From Verrucomicrobiota bacterium (lineage in GTDB: Bacteria > Verrucomicrobiota > Verrucomicrobiia > Verrucomicrobiales > DEV007), in assembly GCA_039028175.1 (NCBI GenBank), contig JBCCIR010000044.1, positions 9,413 to 33,412 on the forward strand: a stretch of DNA of 24,000 nt, read 5' to 3'. Positions 1 through 6,043 of the stretch are shown in pieces (positions within the stretch are counted from its first letter, which is position 1; each line of letters begins with the position of its first letter). Below the pieces are notes generated by a model that made no database searches, had not been told where the DNA came from, and worked only from the letters and a program-made list of their open reading frames with translations. The translations under genes were made by a program, and so were the position numbers.

Positions 1-451
1 CACCGCGGCGGACTTCGTGTTTCCAGGAATCGAGTTCGAGATCGGCGACGCGGAGGACGGATGAGTCGGAAGCATCGGTGGCGTCGCTCGGCGCGGCGCG
101 GCGGATGAGGGCTTCGATGCGGGCTTCGAGTTCGGAGAAGGAGAAGGGTTTGACCATGTAATCGTCGCCGCCGGCGCGGAGGCCTTTGACGCGGTCGTCG
201 ACGGAGCGTTTGGCGCTGAGGATGAGGACGGGGGTGGTGATTTTTTCGGCGCGCATTTCCTCGATGATGGAGAGGCCGTCGGTGCCGGGGAGCATGATAT
301 CGACGACGGCGGCGTCGTAAGGGCCGATCTGGGCGAGATCGGAGCCTTCATCGCCGTCGTGAGCGACGTCGACGGTGTAACCGGATTCGCGGAGGCCTTT
401 GGCGATATAGGCGGCGATGGTTTCGTCGTCTTCGATGACCAGGATTTTCAT
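1..451 (-). CDS. OmpR/PhoB-family response regulator (REC plus the start of the winged-helix domain). Partial: the C-terminus runs off the left edge of the window.
   Basis: Absent from the ORF track because it is open at the window edge. My manual reverse-complement translation from the ATG at 451-449 gives MKILVIEDDETIAAYIAKGLRESGYTVDVAHDGDEGSDLAQIGPYDAAVVDIMLPGTDGLSIIEEMRAEKITTPVLILSAKRSVDDRVKGLRAGGDDYMVKPFSFSELEARIEALIRRAAPSDATDASDSSVLRVADLELDSWKHEVRRG. The receiver signature is present (EDD, D in VVDIMLPG, LSAK, KPF). It is followed by an OmpR-type effector-domain start (L.V.DL.LD...H.V.R.G). Confidence 0.85.
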   Translation of the reverse strand, partial: MKILVIEDDETIAAYIAKGLRESGYTVDVAHDGDEGSDLAQIGPYDAAVVDIMLPGTDGLSIIEEMRAEKITTPVLILSAKRSVDDRVKGLRAGGDDYMVKPFSFSELEARIEALIRRAAPSDATDASDSSVLRVADLELDSWKHEVRRG

Positions 452-643
452 ATTGGATGGATGCGGAGGGGGAGAGTTTTGCGCTGTAACGATAAGGGAC
501 TCAGTCGGCGCGGTCACCTTACCATTTTGTAATGATTCGGAAAGCTTTGGGTAATTAGGGGGAGCGAGAATGGCACTGCGATTGAATGGCGGGTTACAAC
601 CCGCAGCAGAAATAACATCAAAGTGAAGAAGGAGAAAAACGAA

Positions 644-2128
644 ATGAAACAGACAACCATCGTTGCTGTGGTACTTGCGAGTGCATTTGGCCTCGTATTT
701 GCCGTGGCGGAGAAAATGGAGCCATTGGCGCCGAAACTGTCGATTGACGGGTCGGAGCCGCTGCGGACGGGACCCCGTGGGGGGTATGCCGACGTGGTTG
801 AGAATGTGGGCCCCAGTGTCGTGAGTGTTTTCACTTCGCGCGAGGTTGCCTCGGCGGGAGGAAATGCGCCGGACATGCGCGGGTTCTTCGATTCACCGAT
901 GTTCCGAGAGTATTTTGGAGATCGGGGACGCGAGATGCCGAAGGGCTGGCAGAACGTTCCGCGAGGTGCGCCTCAGCGTGAGGGCTTGGGATCCGGAGTG
1001 ATCTTGAGTGCTGACGGATACATTCTGACGAACAATCATGTGGTAGCGAGAGCGGACAAGATCAAAGTGCGTCTCAGCGACGGCGACGAGCATGTGGCCG
1101 AGTTGATTGCGACGGATCCTGCGAGCGACCTTGCGGTGATCAAGATTGATGCCACGGATTTGCCGGCGGCGACGCTTGGTGACAGCAGCACCTTGCGTGC
1201 CGGGGATTTTGTCCTGGCGATTGGATCGCCGTTTGGGCTTACGCACACGGTGACCTCCGGTATTGTGAGCGCGATTGGGCGCAACAACCTTGATATCACG
1301 GGTTATGAGAACTTCATCCAGACGGATGCGTCGATTAATCCGGGGAATTCGGGTGGTGCCTTGATTGACAGCCGGGGCCGGGTGATTGGAATCAACACGG
1401 CGATCTTCTCCCGTTCGGGAGGGAATGTCGGGATTGGTTTCGCGATTCCGGTGAACATGGCGGTCGACATTGCGAGTCAGTTGATTGACGACGGTGAGAT
1501 CAATCGCGGATACCTTGGTATCTCGATGGGTCCCTTGACCGACGAATTGGCGGAAGCGTTGGACGTGGAAGCTGAGGGAGTGGTTGTGAACGACGTGATG
1601 CCGAAGACCCCGGCTGCGAAGGCGGGATTTGAGGCGGGCGACGTGATTGTTGAAGTTGGCGGCGAGCCGGTTGAGAACGGCGCGGAGCTTCGGTTCCTTG
1701 TGGGTGGCACGAGCCCCGGCGAGGAAATCGACTTCAAGGTTCGTCGTGGCGGCAAAGAGATGACGCTTACGGCGGAGATTGGAGAGATGCCTGCGGACCT
1801 GTTGAGTGCCGTCGGCCCGGCGAAAGCGGAGCCTGAGATCATCGAAGATGGGGCCCTTGAGGGGGTTCGTCTTGGTGAGCTCGACGCCGAGACACGCGAG
1901 AAGCTTGAGTTGCCGAAGTCTGCCGAAGGAGTTGTGGTGCTGGAAGTAGTGCCGGGTTCCAAGGCGGCGGAGGCGGGTCTCCTGGCGGGGAACGTGATCA
2001 CGGAGATCAACCGTGAAGCGGTGACCACGCCGAAAGAGGCTTATAATTTAGCAGCTAGTCGTGGTGAGAAAGCGACTCTACTGCGCGTAACGGACGGAAA
2101 GCTTAATCGCTTCCTGGCGATTGGCTGA
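644..2128 (+). CDS. htrA: Periplasmic serine endoprotease of the DegP/HtrA family (trypsin-like domain plus two PDZ domains)
   Basis: ORF 623..2128. I prefer the ATG at 644, which is preceded by AAGGAG (aaggagaaaaacgaaATG) and gives a signal peptide MKQTTIVAVVLASAFGLVFA. The catalytic triad context is present: TNNHVV (His), DLAVIKI (Asp), GNSGGAL (Ser). Two PDZ-like regions follow (GVVVNDVMPKTPAAKAGFEAGDVIVEVGG and GVVVLEVVPGSKAAEAGLLAGNVITEINR). Confidence 0.9.
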   Translation: MKQTTIVAVVLASAFGLVFAVAEKMEPLAPKLSIDGSEPLRTGPRGGYADVVENVGPSVVSVFTSREVASAGGNAPDMRGFFDSPMFREYFGDRGREMPKGWQNVPRGAPQREGLGSGVILSADGYILTNNHVVARADKIKVRLSDGDEHVAELIATDPASDLAVIKIDATDLPAATLGDSSTLRAGDFVLAIGSPFGLTHTVTSGIVSAIGRNNLDITGYENFIQTDASINPGNSGGALIDSRGRVIGINTAIFSRSGGNVGIGFAIPVNMAVDIASQLIDDGEINRGYLGISMGPLTDELAEALDVEAEGVVVNDVMPKTPAAKAGFEAGDVIVEVGGEPVENGAELRFLVGGTSPGEEIDFKVRRGGKEMTLTAEIGEMPADLLSAVGPAKAEPEIIEDGALEGVRLGELDAETREKLELPKSAEGVVVLEVVPGSKAAEAGLLAGNVITEINREAVTTPKEAYNLAASRGEKATLLRVTDGKLNRFLAIG

Positions 2129-2202
2129 GGTTACGCCGGTGGAGGCCGGTCATTCCCTGACGGTGGCATTGATGGTAGCTGCCGTGACCGGAATTCTCAA
2201 AC

Positions 2203-2251
2203 CACGAAGTGACGCACGCACTCGTCCCCCCGGGTGCGTGCGTTCTTCGTG
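2203..2251 (+). terminator. Strong GC-rich hairpin 75 nt downstream of the htrA stop. Candidate intrinsic terminator or RNA stability element, with no canonical U-tract.
   Basis: cacgaag-tg-acgcacgcac(tcg)-tccccc-(cgg)gtgcgtgcgt-t-cttcgtg. Perfect 10-bp core arms lie at 2212-2221 and 2234-2243. The core extends by 3 more pairs into the loop, and by a 7-bp outer stem at 2203-2209 and 2245-2251. A T-run (gagttttta) only appears about 20 nt later. Confidence 0.4.
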
Positions 2252-2352
2252 TACGGGAGGGGGAGTTTTTACAGAAGGAAACGAAGATCGCCAAGGAATG
2301 GGTTGTGGGAGAGGGAGGCCACTCTTCTTTTAAGATGAGGGTGGCAGGGGTC

Positions 2353-2381
2353 TTGACCGTGATTGGGACTTGGGGCAGGGT
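2353..2381 (+). promoter_or_regulatory. Candidate sigma70-like promoter, TTGACC-N17-CAGGGT, ending 7 nt before the ATG at 2389. This would make the mRNA essentially leaderless.
   Basis: TTGACC at 2353-2358, a 17-nt spacer, CAGGGT at 2376-2381, ATG at 2389. The same TTGACC-N17-(T)AGGGT arrangement recurs at 10978-11006. The -10 hexamer is a poor match to TATAAT, so this is weak. Confidence 0.2.
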
Positions 2382-2388
2382 GGGCGGC

Positions 2389-2625
2389 ATGTCGAAGAAG
2401 AAGAAGCATGTGTCGATGAAGCGGAAGGTGGCTTTGTTTTTGAGTTACTGGGGGTGTGCGGCGGTGGTGGCGGCGTTGGCGATTTTTTATGTGGAGGAGC
2501 TGATGCGTCCGGTGACCTTGATTTTGATCGTGGGGGGGACGGTGGTTTTTGCTCTCGTTTCCACGATTGTGCATGTGAAGCAGGGGAAGCACAGTGCGAT
2601 CGATGATATTGCGGACCGATTTTGA
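2389..2625 (+). CDS. Small (78 aa) two-pass membrane protein, hypothetical
   Basis: Internal ATG of ORF 2209..2625. The sequence MSKKKKHVSMKRKVALFLSYWGCAAVVAALAIFYVEELMRPVTLILIVGGTVVFALVSTIVHVKQGK has a basic N-terminus followed by two hydrophobic helices. Codon third positions are G/T-rich, like the other + strand genes. The stop lies 4 nt before the next start. Confidence 0.55.
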   Translation: MSKKKKHVSMKRKVALFLSYWGCAAVVAALAIFYVEELMRPVTLILIVGGTVVFALVSTIVHVKQGKHSAIDDIADRF

Positions 2626-2629
2626 AGTA

Positions 2630-3190
2630 ATGAGAGCGTTTTGTTTGTTGGTATTGGTTGGCGTGGTGCTGAGTGGTTGTGTCACGACGCCAACGGTCGT
2701 GACGGAATCGGGTCCGGGGGAATCGATCTCGGATTACAAGACTTACCGGTGGTTTTTGGAGGCGGAGGACGATCCGGACATCAACCCGTTGAGCAATATG
2801 CCGGACATTTACAAGAAAGTGCAAAGCTCGGTGGATGCGGCGATGGCGGCGAAGGGGTATCGTAAGGCCTCGGGGAATGCGGCGGGGATGCAGATCGGCT
2901 TTTTGATCGTGGTGAAGCGGGGGATGGATACGTCGATCTTGGATCAGTATTTCGGGTCGACGGCGGAGGAGGCGATCACGGAGGTGGACGAGCGGATTCC
3001 GGGGATGAAAGTGGATGATTATCGGAAGGGGAGCCTGGTTTTGGATTTTCGTGAGAACGGCACGGAAGATTTCATTTGGCGCGGGGCCTATGACACGAAC
3101 ATCAAGGCGCAGCAGACGCTGGAGGAAACGGGGGCGCGGATTGACGAGGCGGTGACGGCGATTTTTGCGAAGGTGCCGGAGGCGAGGTAG
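2630..3190 (+). CDS. DUF4136-like outer-membrane or periplasmic lipoprotein
   Basis: Internal ATG of ORF 2594..3190. There is a signal peptide with a lipobox, MRAFCLLVLVGVVLSGC. The C-terminal block GSLVLDFRENGTEDFIWRGAYDTNI matches the DUF4136 pattern as I recall it (G.L.vD..d......vWrG.a). No HMM has been run. Confidence 0.75.
   Translation: MRAFCLLVLVGVVLSGCVTTPTVVTESGPGESISDYKTYRWFLEAEDDPDINPLSNMPDIYKKVQSSVDAAMAAKGYRKASGNAAGMQIGFLIVVKRGMDTSILDQYFGSTAEEAITEVDERIPGMKVDDYRKGSLVLDFRENGTEDFIWRGAYDTNIKAQQTLEETGARIDEAVTAIFAKVPEAR
3122..3190. repeat. Direct repeat copy 1 (69 bp). This is the authentic last 22 codons plus the stop of the DUF4136-like gene.
   Basis: gaggaaacgggggcgcggattgacgaggcggtgacggcgatttttgcgaaggtgccggaggcgaggtag. 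It matches 4057-4125 at 65 of 69 positions by my alignment. Confidence 0.9.
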
Positions 3191-3212
3191 GAGGAGACGG
3201 CCGTGTCTCTCT

Positions 3213-3875
3213 TTAGTGCTGGTGCCAAATTCTCCGGCGATGGAGAAGGGCGGCGAGGCCTGCGAGTCCGACCAGCATTGTGCGAGAGGGTTCGGGAATA
3301 ATTGATCCGGTAATGAGGAGGTCGGCTGAGCCGACGAAGTTTCCATCGGGTTCGATGTCGAAGGTGCCTGTCGTTCCATCGGCTTGGAAGCCGTAGAGGC
3401 GGAATTGGGCGGAACTCACACTGGGAGGGCCGAAGAGATTGATGAGTTGGGTTTCGCCCGAGGCTGAGACTGAGTCATCGGTGAAGATGGTGGCGAAGGG
3501 GCCGCCGTTGAAACTAGCTTGGATGGCGATCTCGGAAGGGCCGGTGGGAGACCGGTCGTAACGGATACTCAGTCGGTCGAGATCGTAGGGGGTGGTCGAT
3601 GTGAATCCCCAGGAGAGGAAGTCCTGGTTTATTATGGCGTCGGCGAGGGTGCCGTCGACCGTCCAATTATTTGAATTGAACGAGCTGCCGCTTGCCGAGT
3701 TCAGTCCGGGGCCGCGCGCCAGGTTGTCGCCCGTGACACCTGTGCCTTGGATGGACGGGGGCAGTGAGGTTCCGGCGGCAGAATCATAAGCGAGGATGTT
3801 GGCGGCCTGCGTGTCCGTGGCGAAGGCGGCCATCAGGAGTGATCCGGAGACGATAGCGGTGAGAAGAGAGCGCAT
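3213..3875 (-). CDS. PEP-CTERM sorting-domain secreted protein
   Basis: 220-aa ORF. The signal peptide is MRSLLTAIVSGSLLMAAFATDTQA. The C-terminus IPEPSRTMLVGLAGLAALLHRRR is the PEP motif, a TM helix and a basic cluster, as in the PEP-CTERM/exosortase sorting signal. The body is Ser/Gly/Thr-rich. Confidence 0.85.
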   Translation of the reverse strand: MRSLLTAIVSGSLLMAAFATDTQAANILAYDSAAGTSLPPSIQGTGVTGDNLARGPGLNSASGSSFNSNNWTVDGTLADAIINQDFLSWGFTSTTPYDLDRLSIRYDRSPTGPSEIAIQASFNGGPFATIFTDDSVSASGETQLINLFGPPSVSSAQFRLYGFQADGTTGTFDIEPDGNFVGSADLLITGSIIPEPSRTMLVGLAGLAALLHRRRIWHQH

Positions 3876-4056
3876 GGATTCGGTTGGTTGATAGGGATTG
3901 CATGTCTCGGGGATTCAATTCTTAGGGAGCACAATCCGGGCCAGAACGTTTGCGAAACGGGGGGATTTCGAGAGTAAATGACAAGCGTGACAGAATCGTC
4001 ATGCCTTCATTTGAGTTCCGGGTAAGTGTTCACCTACGTGGTTTCGGGGTCTTAAC

Positions 4057-4125
4057 GAGGAGACGGGGGTGCGGATTGATGAGGCGGTGACGGCGATTTT
4101 TGCGAAGGTGCCGGAGGCCAGGTAG
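4057..4125. repeat. Direct repeat copy 2 (69 bp). An orphan, non-translatable copy of the 3' end of the DUF4136-like gene (a gene remnant).
   Basis: gaggagacgggggtgcggattgatgaggcggtgacggcgatttttgcgaaggtgccggaggccaggtag. In frame it would read EETGVRIDEAVTAIFAKVPEAR*. The frame is closed by a TGA at 4012-4014 with no ATG between that stop and the repeat. Its first 10 nt (gaggagacgg) also occur at 3191-3200, immediately after copy 1. Confidence 0.9.
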
Positions 4126-4142
4126 GGCTTTCGTAGGGTCAG

Positions 4143-4391
4143 CTATCTGTTGAGAAGGGAGGCGATAATCTCACCCGTTGCGGCGATTAGGACCGGGGGT
4201 AGCAGGGCCAAGTAGCCGAACTCTACAGGAGTCACCACTTTTCTGACGAGTGCCGCGACGGAGACGAGTGCGAAGAAAAGGAGAATAGGAGCCACCAAGT
4301 TAAACGAAACGGGCGACCCTGTTATGCTCTGGATGGCCAACACTATGCCGTAGCCCCAAAACGGCGTACACCATGTGATTTTTTTGATCAT
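4143..4391 (-). CDS. Small (82 aa) three-helix membrane protein, hypothetical
   Basis: MIKKITWCTPFWGYGIVLAIQSITGSPVSFNLVAPILLFFALVSVAALVRKVVTPVEFGYLALLPPVLIAATGEIIASLLNR. The ATG start is followed by hydrophobic segments. It lies in a low-skew, lower-GC islet. I recognise no family. Confidence 0.55.
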   Translation of the reverse strand: MIKKITWCTPFWGYGIVLAIQSITGSPVSFNLVAPILLFFALVSVAALVRKVVTPVEFGYLALLPPVLIAATGEIIASLLNR

Positions 4392-4425
4392 AGGATCGTA
4401 AGAATACTATGCCATGAAGCAATTT

Positions 4426-4704
4426 TTACCCCGCGAATCTACGAGCTAGTGTCGCAATGACAACGACTACTATCCACGCCGCCGTCATTGGATAGAGACC
4501 CTTCACAACAAACTCTGCAATTGAGATTCTTCGTGAGATGACGAGAGCCATTGCGGGAACGGCAGTGAGGGGGAAGCAGGCAGTCACGACAGAGCCGAAG
4601 GCGGATTCCCCACAGACAGCCCAGACGATTCCTACGATGAAGGGGGCGGCCCACATGGGCCATGTCCAGTTGCGTTCCCAGAAAGTTTGGGTTCCTTGCG
4701 ACAT
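4426..4704 (-). CDS. Small (92 aa) three-helix membrane protein, hypothetical. Possible diverged paralogue of the 82-aa protein.
   Basis: MSQGTQTFWERNWTWPMWAAPFIVGIVWAVCGES...ALVISRRISIAEFVVKGLYPMTAAWIVVVVIATLARRFAG. It shares W-x2-P-x-W, G/F, ALV and EF landmarks with the 82-aa protein at a constant 6-7 residue offset. Confidence 0.55.
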   Translation of the reverse strand: MSQGTQTFWERNWTWPMWAAPFIVGIVWAVCGESAFGSVVTACFPLTAVPAMALVISRRISIAEFVVKGLYPMTAAWIVVVVIATLARRFAG

Positions 4705-4749
4705 TCTCGGGTCATTTGAGGGTGTTTTGCGCTGCTGTCGTTTTCGAAT

Positions 4750-5103
4750 CTAACCCAGCTTTGTTTTCTCATCATTCGGATGATGGATGGAATCTTGATT
4801 TAGAATTTCCCGAAGTCCGAGATAGGCAAGCAGTGTCCCTATTGGAAATTGGAAGGCGGCCACGACGAGTAGGGCTATTCCTAAGGCTTTCCCGGGTTTT
4901 GAATTCAAATTTAGGGAAGCCAAAATTTGAACTGCTCCCAAACCGCCAATGAGGAAAAAAAACCAGATTAGCTGAGAAGGGAGGTATTTGAAACTCGAGG
5001 CTAGACCCAACGCCAAAGCCGCGCCTCCTCCGATGATTTGCAAAATGCCCAGAGCCATCAGGACGCCTTTGGCAGTCGGATACGGGTCAGGATTCTGTTG
5101 CAC
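4750..5103 (-). CDS. Small membrane protein (117 aa from GTG 5103, or about 102 aa from ATG 5058), hypothetical
   Basis: The hydrophobic Gly/Ala/Leu-rich helices are LMALGILQIIGGGAALALGLASSF, LIWFFFLIGGLGAVQILASL and ALGIALLVVAAFQFPIGTLLAYLGL. The GTG at 5103 is only 8 nt from the stop of the upstream REC-AlbA_2 gene. The start codon is uncertain. Confidence 0.5.
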   Translation of the reverse strand: MQQNPDPYPTAKGVLMALGILQIIGGGAALALGLASSFKYLPSQLIWFFFLIGGLGAVQILASLNLNSKPGKALGIALLVVAAFQFPIGTLLAYLGLREILNQDSIHHPNDEKTKLG

Positions 5104-5111
5104 GAGATGGG

Positions 5112-6032
5112 CTACTTAGGGATGCGTTGATTGATGTAGGCGAGGACTTCTGAGGGGGTGAGTTGTTGGGTGCCGTTGCCGGCTCGGATGTAGAAGATTT
5201 CGTCGTTTTCGCGACGGAAGAACACGGGTTCTTTGGAGGGGCGGCATTGGATGGCGAGGATGCGTTTGCCGTCGAGATCGAGGACGTCCGAGCGGATGAA
5301 GGGGGCGAATTCGACGCCGACATGTTTTTTGAAGAGCGCGTTCCAGTGGAGGAGGAGTTTGTCTTCGTTGGCGAACTGGTCTTTATCGAGGCCGAGGGCG
5401 ACGCCTTCGTCATCGACGCCGACGAGTAGTGTTCCACCGCGGCTATTGAGGTATGCGGCGACGGTTTTGAGGCAGCTGTTCTCCATGCGTTTGTCGGATT
5501 TGTCGGTATGGAGATTCCAGCGGAGGGTGGATTTGAATTCGACGCGATCGGTTTCGCCGCCGGCGACGAGGGATTGAATGTCGGATTCCGAGAGGTCGGG
5601 GAGGTCTTCAGTGGTTTGGTCTTTGAGCTGGGCGTTCTCGTCCTTGAGGGTCATGAGGCGGTGGTAGCTGTCGAGGTGGGTGCGGACGCGGGCGACGACT
5701 TCTTCGAACTGGAAGGGTTTCTCGATGTAATCGGCGGCGCCGAGGTTGAGGCCTTTGATCTTGTCTTCGGTGTGGCCGCGGGCGGAGAGGAACACGATCA
5801 CGGCGTCGGCGGTTTGGTCGTCGGCTTTGAGGCGGCGACAGGTTTCGTATCCGTCGATGCCGGGCATGTTGATATCGAGGAGGATGAGTTGGGGCCGGGT
5901 TTCCTTGGCGATGTCGAGGGCTTCTTCCCCGGACTGGGCGACGAGGAGTTCGTATCCTTCCGCGGCGAGGGCTTCGGAGAGGACCTGGAGGTTGGTGAGG
6001 GTATCGTCGACGAGGAGGACGCGGTCGGGCAT
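5112..6032 (-). CDS. Response regulator with an N-terminal receiver domain and a C-terminal AlbA_2 (Schlafen-like, 'divergent AAA/putative DNA-binding', PF04326-like) domain
   Basis: REC: VLLVDD, LILLDINMPG (Asp53), FLSARG, EKPF. After a linker of about 30 aa comes SESDIQSLVAGGETDRVEFKSTLRWNL...LKTVAAYLNSRGGTLLVGVDDEGVALGL...ILAIQCRPSKEPVFFRRENDEIFYIRAGNGTQQLTPSEVLAYI. As I recall it, this follows the AlbA_2 pattern: E..EfK at the start, N..GG.l.iGV.d.G, p.y...... fyiR.G..t..l. No HTH or other output domain is visible. Confidence 0.8.
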   Translation of the reverse strand: MPDRVLLVDDTLTNLQVLSEALAAEGYELLVAQSGEEALDIAKETRPQLILLDINMPGIDGYETCRRLKADDQTADAVIVFLSARGHTEDKIKGLNLGAADYIEKPFQFEEVVARVRTHLDSYHRLMTLKDENAQLKDQTTEDLPDLSESDIQSLVAGGETDRVEFKSTLRWNLHTDKSDKRMENSCLKTVAAYLNSRGGTLLVGVDDEGVALGLDKDQFANEDKLLLHWNALFKKHVGVEFAPFIRSDVLDLDGKRILAIQCRPSKEPVFFRRENDEIFYIRAGNGTQQLTPSEVLAYINQRIPK

Positions 6033-6043
6033 GGCGGGCAGAG

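Noticed and set aside
571-586. A sigma54-like element, TGGCAC-N5-TTGA, about 58 nt upstream of htrA.
   Set aside because: The conserved -12 GC is TTGA rather than TTGC. No enhancer-binding protein is encoded nearby. A single near-match is expected by chance in G-rich DNA. I kept it only as a remote possibility.
3213-3875. The PEP-CTERM gene at first looked compositionally foreign, with C-ending codons next to G-ending codons in the adjacent lipoprotein gene.
   Set aside because: The difference is simply the mirror-image codon usage of minus versus plus genes caused by the window-wide strand bias. On the + strand this region is as G-rich (21 G / 12 C in 3301-3360) as its neighbours. Only 4126-5111 is genuinely aberrant.
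3122-5111. Calling the repeat-flanked segment and islet a mobile element.
   Set aside because: No integrase, transposase, inverted terminal repeats or tRNA target are visible in or near the segment. I report the repeat and the composition as observations, not as an annotated mobile element.
5121-5140. A partial resemblance of gattgatgtaggcg (just inside the REC-AlbA_2 gene's 3' end) to the gattgatgaggcg core of the 69-bp repeat, as a possible second islet boundary.
   Set aside because: It is only about 13 matching nt with an indel, it lies inside a coding region, and it is well within chance expectation.
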